Shown here: piece after piece, positions 13,408 through 27,500 of the stretch
How the letters are laid out: each line of letters starts with the position of its first letter
Position numbering within the stretch: position 1 is the stretch's first letter
NCBI GenBank assembly: GCA_040954595.2
Contig: CM082585.2
Coordinates: 11,807,863 to 11,871,862 of the forward strand
DNA length: 64,000 nucleotides
From: Balanoglossus misakiensis
Lineage: Eukaryota > Animalia > Hemichordata
Direction: 5' to 3'
The notes under the pieces: model-generated
The model's database searches: none
The model's input: only the letters and a program-made list of their open reading frames with translations
What the model was told of the DNA's origin: nothing
Position numbers and translations under genes: made by a program

Positions 13408-14852
13408 TCACATATTAGCAGCTGTAGGACCAACTGGATGCTTCTCGGAGATAATTTCAAACATTTTGATGAACGTGTTCTCGTCCTGAGCTCCAGAGAA
13501 AACCTTCTGTCCATTTATGTAGAAAGTTGGCACACCTGAAGACATCAAAGAGAATATGGTAATAGAATCACATATCATTTTCAGTGTCCAACAGATATCT
13601 TAAATTTTGATATTTTGTATAAATTCTCCCCAATTTCATTACACACTTCATGCCCCTAAAATGCTTATTCACAACACTTACCACTGACACCTTGAAAACT
13701 CCAAGCACGTGCCTTGTCAACAGCATTTTTTTGGTTCTTGCTATCACCTAGGTATGCCTGCACTGCTGCTTTGTCTAAACCCACTGCCTCGGCCGTAGAC
13801 ATCAGGAAATTCTCATCCAGAGGTGTCCCATCAGTGAAATATGCCTGTTATTGATCCAATAGAGTACAATGGAAAAAACATTATTGTTTTGTTCACAATT
13901 ATACGCATCAACATACTCACTTGTAGAGAAATCTTTCCAAAACAGTCAATCTCAGTCATTGCCAATTCACCAGGCTTCTCACAGTGGCTAATCTTATCTG
14001 CTATCTTCTCTTAGAGATTATCATGAAGACAATCTTACCTTGAAGATGAGTTCAGCGAGAGCGTCTTGCTTCTTGCCAGATGCATCTTCTTGTTTGGCAA
14101 ACTCCAGTACTGTATGTGCTAAAGCTGTGTTAGGGAATACATCACTGGCACCGGTGAAGTTGATACCTACGGATTCCCCTGCTGCTTTTAATCTAGGGTT
14201 GACCCTGTAATGCATAGAACACACAAGTGGAGTATTTAAAGCATCTTGTATCCAATCTATAAGTCCAACATTGGAATTATGACTACAACTAAAAGTGGTG
14301 CACTTGTAAGACATTATGGTCCTGTCTATTAACTGACCTTGGGTTACCCGGTGTTGCTGGCGGTTTCTTCAACCCTTGTGCTGGGGTGTCGGGTCGGAGA
14401 AAGAAAGGTTCCCATGTGACTTGAAACTCATATTTATCTGCAAAACATTTGTTGATAAAAAAGTGGTGACAATTTGAGGTGAACTAAGAGTGACATAGTG
14501 TACTATGACCTGAAAGGTCAAAGTGTAGTCTAGCTGGATAACTATTGATAATCCTGTCAACTCTAACCTGATAAACAAACTTACATATAACAGAACAAAT
14601 GCTTAGAAATTGTTCCCTTGATTCATCCCCCACCCCCTATGTTTTTAAGGTATTGTGTCGAACCCTTGGCACAGTATCGAAATGAACTTTTTTGAAATTG
14701 ACGAATGGGGATAGTCACTAGTGACACTACACACCCCTATACCCACCTTGAGTTTTCTGCATGGCTGATTCCAGCTTTCTCTTGCCGACCCAACACCAGG
14801 GTCATACAACATCGCTTACTACGCCTATTTTTAACAACTGTTTTGATGCCAT
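13408..14852 (-). CDS. DsbA/FrnE-like thioredoxin-fold selenoprotein (UxxC; Sec at codon 17)
   Basis: Exons 14852-14747, 14437-14338, 14204-14039, 13844-13682, 13535-13408 give MASKQLLKIGVVSDVV[TGA]PWCWVGKRKLE...VTWEPFFLRP...PNTALAH...LIFKAYFTDG...GVSGVPTFYING...FSGAQD. TGA at 14804-14802; SECIS downstream. Confidence 0.9.
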
Positions 14853-15536
14853 GGCGGAAGACAACTGTGAAATTCACTGGCAAAGGTTGGAGCTCGATCA
14901 GCAAGATTGTTTACGCAATGTAGCAGATAGCTGTGTACTAGGCCCCCTAGCTTATTGGAATATTTTCCTTTAGATCATCAGAGGTCACCAGACCTGTAGC
15001 TGTAAGTAGTATCTATCAAGGCTCTCAGCAACTTTTCCTTTGAAAGACTTCCAATTTTATTACAATAATGCCTAACGATGTGTGGTATAAGCTGTTTTCA
15101 TCCTCTGGATATGGACTGTACGCCCACAGAAACAATGAGCGAATGAGATTGAGGGCGCTCCTCTGGACGAAGTACCTGGGAATTGACCCGTGAACACATT
15201 TGTACTCACCTAGAGAGTCCAATCGTTCTGCCAATAATGATGACTAAGCAAAATGACTTTACAAACAAAGCGAGTGGCTGTAAAACTGATGTAGAAATAA
15301 TACCAGTAAAATATAATGTAGTAGGTTATATCTGACCACCTGCACTGCTGGTCACTCCAACCAAACTTGTCAGCATTAAATAATCCTCTTATATGGAAGT
15401 TGGATAATTATGAAGAGATGGTCATAGTAGAAATATTGGCAGTGAAGCTATCATTTTATAGCAAAGTCCATTAATACGAACACTGATCATTGTCCATATA
15501 AAGAAGTGTCACTGTGTTTCAGCAGAATCCAACAAT

Positions 15537-18500
15537 CTAGGGCGATTTCCTGGCATGTCCCTTGATGTATGTTGTGATGAACTCGTCAATTCCATCCAAA
15601 TGTTGGGATTTCAAGAACTTCAGATAGTCCTTAGCTGTGCTCTTGTCTTGTAGTGCTGATCCAGTCTTTAGAATCAAGAGAGAGAAAACGGGAAGTGTTA
15701 TAAACTGAGCAGATTTTTGCTGTTTGTCTGTGCCTTTACTGAGATTGGTTCCATCCAGTTTTACTGCTGTTCATAGTCAGTGTCTTTGCAAATAAATTAT
15801 GAAAAAGCAAAAAGTCAACTATACCTGAATGTTGTAAGCACTGGCATATGACTGCAATGCTGGATGTTCCCAGATGGAGAAACTGGCCCGGAAATCAGTC
15901 GCATTGAAATCTTTCGCTTCAATTGTAACAAGTCCTGTTGTTTGGAAGGCTCTGTTTCTCCACAGTAGATCGGAGATGTGCAAAATATAGCCATTGAGTT
16001 CTGGGATGATCTCCATCGATGAAGTTGTCAACTGAAGACGAAGGATATTTTTATTTAGTTTTTTTATTTTTATACTATCTGTCATCCAACGGCGGGAGAT
16101 TCATATAACAGGATGAGGTACCTTGTTCAAGGCACAACATTGTGGCCATGCCTGGGTCTCGAACCCACAATCCTCTGACAGTGAACATATAACAACAAAA
16201 TTCAGCTCATACATCTGTCACTATTCAATGCAAAATGATGCAATGCTAGAATACTAACCTCTTCTTCATGTAGTGTTTTCATGTGGTCTATTTCATGCTT
16301 GTAACTGTAACAAAACATATCAGTTGTTATTCCAATCAGGAGATGTTGAACAACACAGCTTTTTTTTCCAAAAATGAATGAGTCTTAAATCGCAGAGTTT
16401 TGGGGATCTTTGCTTTTACCTGCACAAAAGTTGACACAGTCTTGACACAGCCGTTGCATCATTGCTGTAGACGGCTCTCAATGCTATACCCTTGGATGGC
16501 AAACACATGCATGGAAAGCCGTATACCGTGTGGATCTTTGATACCTGCGGGAAAAAAGGAGACAGTTTACCTTCTTCGGAAATGAAGAGTACAACTAAAT
16601 GTCCAATGTACATAATAAGCATGTTTCAGTCAGCAGTAGCCTGTTAACCATTTCACCAATATGGTTTGGTCCAACTCCATTGTCTTCAAGAGCAATAATG
16701 TCGTTGTCAATACTTCATGTTGACTCACCAGCTCATAGAATGTCAGTGCGTGATGCATCAGTAAAGTGTTACCGCCCTCTACTTGCAGCCCTACCGAACA
16801 CAGACCATCCACAAACTGAATGAAGTCTATAATGGTGTCAGCAGCATTGAATTCCTCCATAGGTTCACCAAAGACAAAGGTTCTAAAGAGGGAAGAGAGA
16901 AAGAGATTTTTAGATATGTAGTTAACATGGTTAAGGAACACAGATGCAGTGCGTGGACTGGTTATCACATTCCATAGCCTTACATGTCTGTCTCCCTCCC
17001 TCCCCTCTCTCTCTCATCAACCTCCCCCCATAAATCTTAACCCAGTACCTCCCCTCACTTACTCGTTAATCTCCAGTGTAGTGCTAGCTATGGTATCCAA
17101 TCTCAATCCTCTGCTCTTGTACCGAGGCCATTCAATGCTCACAAAATTCTTCAACAAAGTGGTGAAGCTGTACAGAACTTGGCACTTGAAGTAGACAGAG
17201 GAACAGAAGAATAATTTCCGCAGTGGTTCCAGGAGCAAGTCATTCATCTCTGTTCAAAAAAAGATAAGTAAAGAATATGAGTTCAGTGGGAAAACAGGGA
17301 CATAAGCTGTAACATGTTCAAATAGCAACACCAATACTTAGTTTTAGTTTCAGTCACAAAGGACTTGACATATTTTGTTTATGAAAGTAGAAATTTATGT
17401 ACATCAAAGATTCTTGAAAGATGACTTACTCTGGAACGGCAAGAGTCTAAATCTTGTTATCAGCTGCAGAATATAAGGTCTGTAAACAGAGCCATTCCAT
17501 GAGTGCAGATATTTTGTCAGGAAAAACTCACACACTGGTATACTCTCCTGTGAAAGAAAACAAAACGTGTAGAATATAAACAGACTGTTCAGAGCTCTTT
17601 CCACCCACCACCACCCTTTAGTACTGTCGATGAAATTGCCATTGAAGATAGAACCTGAATTAATATCTCTACAATAAACACCTGTCATTATACATGTGGG
17701 CAAGCTACAGGAAGTAGAACACAGAACTGTGGGTGATATATAAAACAGAAATATTGACAAGATAGCCAGGAGTAGCAGGAATTGTCTGCAAGTATCAAAG
17801 TTACCTGAATAAAATCTGTGAAGTCTATCAGAAGTTGTAACAGATACTCAGCTCTTAGATTACTTTTCTCCATCGGGTAATCAATTATTTCTGCGACAAA
17901 AATGAATGATTATACAAAATATCAATATGAACAGTGTTTACAGACAAATTACAAAAGTGTAATCACTGAGCTCAAATGGACTATCCTGTTCTAGTCCCAG
18001 GCCAGATTGGGTAGAGCTTTCACTAGAAACCTATTGTCCACTTACCAGTATAGAGGGTCATATACAGCCAGTAACTCAACCTCTGGAATACAGTCTGTTC
18101 TGACATACATGACAACACTTGCTGCAGATGTGGAGATTTCAACAGGGATGCAATTTGATTCGGAAGCTGTACAGAAATAACACAATGGGTTATGAACCAC
18201 ATCTCAGCAGAATTCATTTGAATGAAGTTCTCATGAACAAACTGGACTCAATCAGGTAATTATCAGTCAAAAAAACAAATTCAGTAGACAAGTTAATGAG
18301 CATTTTGGAATTACCTCTAGCCTGTCAAAGTTTTTCGACAATTGTTGGAAAGTTTGGATCTGTTCCATTGGTACTTTCTTAGTAGAGACTTGCATGACTT
18401 GTAGATCTCTGGTCTGTCCCAAATTGGTCACAACTCCCGGAACGACATCCACTTTTCTCCGTTTTGCCTGTATCGAAGGAAGGACAGTAGGAAAGGTAAG

Positions 18501-20390
18501 TATAAAAGTAAGACGACATTCTACATCTGATTTGCATTAGCCCAAGACCATCAAGAAAATATGTTACACTATACACAAGCAACAGTGTATATATAAACCA
18601 GTGAAGGGATGTGAAAAAGTTTGAAAGATCATCATATTTTTTTTTCAATGAGGAAAATAAAATAAATCTTACTAACCTTCTTGGCACCAGAGGCTAGCAA
18701 TTCAGTTTCTCTTAAAACTCCAACATCCTGTTGTCTTCTGTCCATTTGGCATCCTGCCTCTGCAATTCTGCGTATTGTTTCGGACCACTTGCGGTCGGTT
18801 TGTCGGAAGTATCGTTTATCTCCCACAGATGTGGACAAAGTGACCAGGTGTGGATGATAGAGTTTGTAGACGGAGAGAAGTCCCAAGATGTGTGCTTGAA
18901 CACCCTGTGGAAAGTTTCAAAATACTCAAATATGTCAGGAGCAGTAAAAATATGCCAGAGCATATAATCATGTAGCTTAAAATAGAAACATCCTACATGT
19001 ACGAAAGTCCTCCAGAAGACATACAAAGCTTCTGCACAAGATAACTGAATGAAGCAAATTATGGTCTCAGCTTGAGTTTGACCATAATTAGCCTATCACA
19101 AGATTTAGAAAGTACAATAACACAATAGGTAAATGACAGAATCCAGAAGATAAAACTTATTTTGAATTGTGATTCTAACTTACAGTCCTTGCTTGAAGGT
19201 CAATCAGTTTCCGTATCCGATAGTGTTTGACATCTTCCTTCCTCGTCATCAAATACAAAAGATGACATAAATGTGGACACTGTGGAAAGAATGGATACGG
19301 AGGAGAAAAAATAAATATTTTTTTCATTTGAAGGCTCATGGTGGATGTATCACAATTTATTTATTTGAGCCACAATGCACTTCAACTGAACATACAATTG
19401 ATAATGGAACTATGTAAAATAAAACTTACCATTTTCTCATTTTCAATGAAGAGAAACAAAATTCCATACAGTGCATGTAATTTCTCTTTACTCTCAATAA
19501 ATTCATACACTAATATTATCCATCTCACAAGCCACATCTAGGAAAGAAAAAAACATTAAGTCACAAATCATCATAATAGTGCCATTGGTGGCATGTCTGT
19601 ATATTATAAGAATCAGTCACCCTCATTTATAAATCTAAAGGATAAGATGACGCTATAAATATTGGCATACACACCTGAATTGTGGTTGATGGTTTGTTTG
19701 TACACATCAATGATATCACTCTGACTACAGCATCTTCTGGTACTGTGCTTGATGGGATCAGTGATTTGATCAAACGAATGCTCACTGTCTCAGCTGTTTA
19801 AAAAAATAAAAACTGGTTACTTCTTATGGCTATGTGATCTTGCGATGAATTGTTATGGAGAAAGTTGTTCTGACTTTGATTTTGTGTGTTGAAACTACAA
19901 TGTATCATAATGCTCAAATAAATAAATAAACCAACCAATCAAGAAATACTTACAAAATCTGGAACTAGCAGCACATTTTGCCAAATCATTGATGATCTTT
20001 GGCGCAAGTCCATTCCTTTGAGCTTGTGCTTCTATGGTTTCCAAGAATTCCTGAAGTTTTATGTTCCCCCGTGTCTTCGTACTTGAAGTTTCTAATGGGA
20101 AACAAAACACACATCCGAGACAAGATAGATACATTACAAGACAGAACACCTGCAATCTACATATTATTATTAGGGACCAAGTAAAGTATGTTTACAATGT
20201 ACTAAAAGTAGTAACTACTCAATAGTTGGTCAGTAGTAATTATTAAATCATTGTACAAATGTAGAGAAAGCGCCTTACCACTGATGAAGTAAGAAACGGC
20301 TTTCTTCAGTTGTGTCTGATCTCTGGTTTGTTTTGCTTCGACATCAGAGGGCTTTCCTCCGGACACCACTTCCGCATTCGCGCTGGCCAT
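15537..20390 (-). CDS. CENPI: Centromere protein I (Mis6 family)
   Basis: Multi-exon ORF from MASANAEVV (20390) through RLIKSLIP, LVRWIILVYEFI, CPHLCHLLYLMTRKEDVKHYRIRKL, LGLLSVYKLYHPHLV, LPNQIASLL, FLTKYLHSWNGSVYR and FSIWEHPAL, ending YLKFLKSQHLDGIDEFITTYIKGHARKSP*. Confidence 0.9.
16105..16190 (-). mobile_element. tRNA-derived SINE fragment in a CENP-I intron
   Basis: Minus strand has box-B-like GGGTTCGAGACC followed by gttgtgccttgaacaagg, typical of tRNA-SINE heads. Confidence 0.5.
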
Positions 20391-20542
20391 ATCGACGATA
20401 CAATTGATTCCGTGGACGAAAATCTGTCCCAACACGACACAAGTACTATAACAGTTGCCTAAATCAATGTGTTAGAATAATTCGATCGAAAGATTGTAGA
20501 AAACGGCAGAAAATCGCGTCGTTCAGTGACTGTAACCATGTA

Positions 20543-20620
20543 CCGCCAAACATTTGAATGTACGTTGTGTGAAATCTCGTTGTCTCTAGTCTCGTTTGCA
20601 GTCTCGCACAGCGCGGGAAA
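20543..20620 (-). promoter_or_regulatory. Cell-cycle promoter elements (E2F-like sites and CHR-like TTTGAA) upstream of CENP-I
   Basis: TTTGGCGG (20543-20550, minus), TTTGAA (20553-20558) and TTTCCCGCGC (20611-20620, minus), 150-230 nt upstream of the ATG. Confidence 0.45.
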
Positions 20621-21560
20621 GTCGAACTTGTGGATGGGTCCCCGATATTATGACTTTTTCCGTGTCTACAATCAGCTAATTTCTGTTTTAACGACTTTGT
20701 AATAAATTGAATTTTTTACAAGCAATAACTGGTTGTGGAAAATGCACCAAAGCTGTTACTTAAGGGTGATCCAATTATGTTTTTGAGGGGGATATTTGAG
20801 TTTGAAAGTCATGAAAAATATTGGTTTTGTTCTAAATATAGTTTTTAAAGTTACAATGTAGCCTCATATTAAGCTTATCTTTCTAAATGTATAAACAACG
20901 CTGTATGGAGTCAAACATACTGCAAGTTATGCACAGAACAATAAAACTTATCACAGATGATCATGATTTACGTGTCTACGACTTGTTGTAGGCAGTCTGT
21001 GATATCAAGCCGTGGACGTCGACTGCGGTTGAGCAATCAACATTACTTTTCAACGATGGACACAAATAATCAAGCAGAATAAACATTTATTTGTGTACAG
21101 ATGAATTTATTTGACAGACGGCATATATGGTCCGGCCAAGTCATTCTCTAGATAAAAACCAGCATTAAACATATCATCATCACAAATCTTGACATGAAGA
21201 CTCATTGACAATACAAGTACATACAGCTCTAGGCATGGTTGTTTAGCCTACAAGGTTATATGTCAACATGCAGAGCTATGTTGTGTTATGCTTCAATTTC
21301 TAAACTGGGTGTTTTGTTGCAATTTTGCATTTTAATCACTGTCCCACATACAGAGTTTTGTGGACAAAAAATAGATGTCATAACCGAACATCAATAACTG
21401 ACATTCAGCATCCATCTAAAAATATGGATTCATTTCCGAATCATAACAAGAAAAACACAGGCATCATTTTAATAAGACATAACCCTAAAGGTATACATGT
21501 ATACAGATTAATAAAGATTAATATAGGATGAGAGAGGTCTGACTTTTGCCAATTCACAAG

Positions 21561-24500
21561 TTATGGAATATACCAGAAAAAGACAGCCGACACGAAAATC
21601 ATCACACAAGTTATGATTCCATTTCCGGCAAATATAGTTGGAGCACCACTGCCGGTCTCTCCTATGACGTCAAAACTGGACGTACAACCTTCGTACGACC
21701 CTGGCTCTCTGACAAGAAGGGATTCAATCATGTTTCCATAGTGACAGATCCGATACACCCCACTTTTGGCATCAGACGGAATATCCCACGTGATTTCAGC
21801 GATGCTGGATCCAGTGCCTGGCAGACCGATATATGGAATTGTGATGTTTAGTCCGGGGCTTGGTAGCGTGGGTGGTGGTTCTGGTATCGGAATAGGTGGT
21901 GGGAGATTCGGGATGATTTCTCGGAGTTTGTCCAGCAGCTCCCTGACATACCGTCTGCTTTGTGACAACCAATAAAACCTGGCAAGACATGAAAGAATTC
22001 GTTTGCCTCTATATTAAAGGATGATCGTCTTATGCGCATGTGCCAAACCAGAGACTCTGGTTTACAGATATTGTATACAGTCAATGCCATAAGGCAGTGT
22101 GCTGTCCTAACAACAGACAAGATGGCGACGACCATAGTCTGTGTCAGACATTCAAGTTCACCTACCTTGTACACCAGTCAGTATCGGTGTGAATCACTTC
22201 CCAGTCAAATGACTCAGTTGATCTTTGAACTTCTAGATAGGTTTCCTCTTGCTAAATACAAAGTAGAGAACAAAACAGAAATACATATGAACTTCTCATC
22301 AAACCTGAATCACTTGTAATTAAGTTTTTTTCCCCCAAACAGTTTCTTGTCGGCATTGCCATTGCACTAGTGTAGTATTATTTGTCGATAATACCAATGT
22401 TTGTCGTGTTATTTAATAAAGTCAGACCAACCAACCTTAAAATCGTTTCTTGGATTTCCAGCTTGGAAACTGACATTGACACGGTCGCCCTTCAATGGAC
22501 AAAAGTGAAAGATATTATCATTAATGCAAACTACAGACACACAAACAGACTGAGTTTGTTGTATAGCCAATGGAACAGCGTTGCCGGTCCATTTCAAACA
22601 TTCTGATCACTAGCTGCCATTACTTTCAATTCTTGTCATAAAAAGCTTTATTGAATCTTTTCTCACTTCACGTTCATTATTTGATACATTTATCGGTTGG
22701 TATGGTAACATATATTGTACTTACAACGTCATACGTAAGTTCAGCATCCCGCAAGACTGCCCCAAATTCATTGCCATCGTTGTCGTCTTGAAATACTGGA
22801 AACTGAATCCCCCACAAAATGCCATCTTCATAGAAATTTGGTGGGTCTGGACCAGGATCAACACTTTGGTCCTGCATTAAAAATAAGTTTGTTTTTTCTT
22901 CTTTTGGTGGAATATAATATCAAAGTGAATATAGATAAAAAAAACTAACAGACGATATTTGTTCTGCTATTAAAATATATTACTTGTTGTGACCATATAT
23001 GTGTGTGTATATTCCATTCTTACCTTTGCAATGGCCTCTGTAAGTATCCCATATTGTTGTTCATATGCGTATCCAGTATTTGGACCATAAATCATGGAGG
23101 CTGCCTCGTACCTTTGAATCTGAGAGAATCAGAATTTTTGTTCCACACGTACAACTAATATCTTGGTTTTAAGAGGATCTGTCGACCCCCCTGTGATTTT
23201 ATAACAATTTGTCACAGTTTTAAATTCTAATTTAAAACATGGCGGTCTTGTGCTGCAGTTTGTCAGTCAGTGAGTGCAAGTTATCACCAATGATCAAGTC
23301 ATTGCATCTGTACTTTAACCAGGAGTTCTTCTAAGATTTCCAACCACTGGAACTTATAAATCTTTACCTGATATTCTTCGAAAGTGACGATGTAGTGTGT
23401 GTAGACATTGCAGAGGCCGGCAATAACAACTTCGGTTTCAGCAGAAAAACCATTATCGATAAATTTCTGAAATGTGGCATATCGAGTGATTGTTCATGTG
23501 TGGTGAAGTATAGTGTAGTGTGATTTTCTGATGTTACAACTAAAGGGGCTGATACAAACATTCTGCTAAAATTGAATCCAAAGCTCATAAATTCTGTATC
23601 AAAACGAAGTCAAGTTTAATTCAGACTTACTTGTTTGACTGACTCTCTTAGTCTTCTTCCCGCCATCGTACTGCAAATGAGAAAATATATTTCTTTTGTC
23701 AGATTCCCTCCAGCACTTCAGACAGGCAACATTTGATATTCTAATTTCCCTTGTTTATGAAGAAACAGTAAAGAATTTCTGTGGTCTAAATGATGTGCAC
23801 ATCCTGAAAGTGTTCGTATGGTTACCAAGATAAGTTTTTCAGACTTAATAATACATGTTTAAGTACTGAAATTCAAAGATCGAACAAAAGGCAGCAATTC
23901 TTGACTTGTAGAGATCTTATATATTTCTTCACCTGTATTCACCGGGAACTGCCAATATGGCAAAACTTCCAATGGTAAAAATCTGAGTGTCTATAATACT
24001 TGGATGCCATTCCCATTCACTGGTCGCCTGCAAAAAATGGATTGTATCAAATTTCGTGTTTCACATTGCGTTAGAGTGATGCCACTTGAGAATACTGATA
24101 AAAGTTTGTGTAGTGTGGTCAGATGACAGATCAATGAATGGTCAACTTTCCCTATCATGCAATAGCCTATTTTCTGCTCTATGCAAGATCTCACGAGACT
24201 AAGTACCATAATTAAGTAACAGGTTGAAATATTCTCTGATTTGATACATTATGGGCGTGTAGTGAAAGCTAACGAAGCGAGAACTGAGATCATGGATGGT
24301 GCATTTACCTCTCCTGTTGGCATCAGAATTGGTTTGGGTTCATGACACGCTATGAGTTCATCTGAGGGTTCAACGAGGAAGTCTCGAACAGCGTCCCAGA
24401 ATGGGTCACCTGTGGTATCACCTGTAAGAGTTAGAGCATTGAAATCACCAGTTGTTCTGGTTGGTAAAATAAGTGGTCTGGTTGTAGCCTGAATTTCTGG

Positions 24501-27500
24501 AATTCAAACTACCATTTTTGTTTTGACCTACCTTGAGTAAAATTGAAACCTCCTGGTCCGTCAATAGTTCCAGCTGCAAAACTGTATCCCATCGCTGGTT
24601 TGCAAGTTGTGTCCGTCTGGAATGGACCAAAAGACAAAGAGTTTACTTTGATATCACATTTTCAAAAACCTTAATAGAAGTTACAGTCATCTGTCTACTG
24701 TGAAAAGGGAGGCTTACATATAAAAGAGACTGGTTGTATTGATATAAAAAAACTTACCCCTCCACCAGGAAGGGAAACTTCATAGTTTGTCATGTTAACA
24801 AACTGGTGTCTGAAATCGACCTTTCCAGTCAAGGCAGTCATTGCATTATTGTAAAGCTCCTGAAAATAAGATATGAAATGATGAGTTATACTTATGACTG
24901 TGACCAATGTAAATATACACAGGGGATTATAAAATTTAAAGAAAAGTGGTTTGGACTGAGTTTACCATTGCTTTCTCATATTGTCTTCGTCCAATGATTT
25001 CCGTGCTCTCGAAGACGTCATCTCCTGGTCCGAAGGCCACACACACATCCTGCAAAATATATTGTTACAAATGTGAGATGCCTAAAGTTCTAATCCAACA
25101 CTTGATCAAATCAGAAACTAAAAAGGTAAAAATGCTTTAAACAAAAACTTGGTGCTTAAGCCAAACTTCACGACGTACCGTTCCTGGACAAGAACTGGTC
25201 TCATAGTCACACTCGCTGTCTTCTCCGGCTTCCAAACAATGAGGATCGTCAGTATTGGGCGTGACATCACCGTTGTTGCTTTGAGCAAATGCTGCAACGA
25301 ATGGACCCTACATTGAAGTAAAACAAAAAAAGGTTAATTTAAACTTTACTTTGAGAACCAGCTCAGACTGAAAGAAAATAATCAATTTGGTACACTACAA
25401 AAATAAATACCTTTATAAGAATATATGATGTGTTATGATTAGTTATCCCCAGGATGAGAAAATACCTGTCACATGTAAAAGTAAACATTATACACATGAT
25501 GACTGACAATGAGGGCAACAGTGTATTTTGATGACCGAGGGTGCTGCTAGTCACAACTAAAACAGTCTTGTTTTCCCGAGGGCATAGCCCGAGGGAAAAC
25601 AGACTGTTTTGGTGTGACTGGCAGTCCCGAGGTCATTAAAAATACACTGTTGCCCGAATATGTCAGCCATCATGTGTTTTATAACACACCAACCGATCGA
25701 ACTGATGCCCAAGGCAACAGTTCGAAATGACTAAGGTCACGTGACGTCGTATTGACGAATCACGATCGAGGGTTCGCTGCATGGTGTGTTATAATCCCTG
25801 TTGTTGCCTAGCTTTCAGAAAAAAGACTATACAAGTTATAGATAGAACAGAGCTCACCTTGCCCATTAAAGCACCCTTATTAAATTCCTGTTCCATCAGT
25901 TGAGATGCATAACCTTTGTTGTCCCCACTGATCAGCGTGTTAGTACGGTTCATACTGGTTGTATGCACTGCAAACCAGCTGTCATGTGATCAAGAAAGAA
26001 GAACCATGATTATGACACACCTACTGTTGTAACCTATGGCAGAGACTGTATTAGTCATATAAGGGCGGTCTATGTACAGTTGTATATCTTTCGGGTTGCC
26101 CTCATCTTGGTTCAATAGTTCAATGTCCAATGAGCCGTTTATTGTGTTGGTGATGGAGGAACCAAGAATTGATTATCGTGGCCACCTCATAAAACCCAAA
26201 CAGCGACGTCACTGCTATTCTCTCCCATCCCCCAAATCTCGTTTCCCTATTACTCTACAACTCATTTATTTCTGACCAGATATTGATGTTTACTTGCAGA
26301 ACATAAAGGGATTCTTACTCATGAGGTGTGTGGCTGCAACAACACAACAATTCCACTTATATTTATACCTGAGGCTGACAATAGTCAAACACAGTGGTGC
26401 TGGTGTATTTTACTCACTCATTCATTCACCTAGCAATCTTGCTGGATGTAACAAAATGATACTAAGAAGTTACTAGTATAACTTTATACCTTAAGGCACC
26501 CATGTCCGTTCCATCTTCTGCAACAAACTTCAACAGTGTCATAGTTTTGTCAACATCATGTTCATATCTGGAAAAAGTTACAAAGTGAACAATTAATGGG
26601 TCATCTTCATTATATTTCATAAATTACTGACTGCAATGAAAAATATTGTTATTTTTTTTAAATAATAAAATTACAGGTACTTTTGACATTGTGACATACC
26701 TGGCCTTTTCGTCCTCAGGGTTTGCTTCATAGGCAAATGGACTTCTGTTTCTGTTGGCCCAGTATGGGTCAGTTCCCGAAGGATCAACAAGCTCTCCTCT
26801 ATTGCTGTATATGTATCCGGATTTCAAATTCGCATGAGCTTGGTCTATACTCTGTATATGTACAATTGATATAATGATATTTTTCCAGAATACCTGTTAC
26901 GATAGTATTTGATTATAGCACAGTCCCTGTAGGCAGATTTTTGTCCGCCATCACGAGGTCAGATAGATGTCTGCACACATATTCATTTCATCCTTTTGAT
27001 CTATGTGCGTTTGTGTCCATCATGATGTTATTTGGCCATGGAAACGCAAATTGACTCATGTGTCTGTCATAATGTCTCAAATTTAACGCTCTTACCCTTT
27101 CAAGCCCGTCTACGATAGCCAGAAAGCTCTCTTCAATAAATCCCAGCGTTGTGATGTCGTAGAGGAGATACTGCTGATAGCCGCCAGGTCCCGAGTGCGT
27201 GTGTTGGCCGCTGAGGGCAATATTTTGGTTGTTGTATACCCCAGGATATTTCAATTCTAGTCTTTTGATGACCTATATTTCGAAGATACATGATAAAAAA
27301 AAACATTTATCTACATTCATTTGTAACAAACACCACATGCAATGAATCAATGCATGCACATTTCCATCTATATTTGAGCAGAAGCGCAATGTCGTAGTGA
27401 TAACTTGGACATCAACTTTAGGCCTACCTCCAATTTGACAATTTGTGCGCCCATTCCGATATCTGCGTTCACGAACACAAATCGCTTGGAGTCATCTTCG

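Noticed and set aside
13408-14852. DsbA-like gene as a pseudogene with a premature stop
   Set aside because: The only stop is a TGA at the catalytic Cys position, all exons and splice sites are intact, and a SECIS follows.
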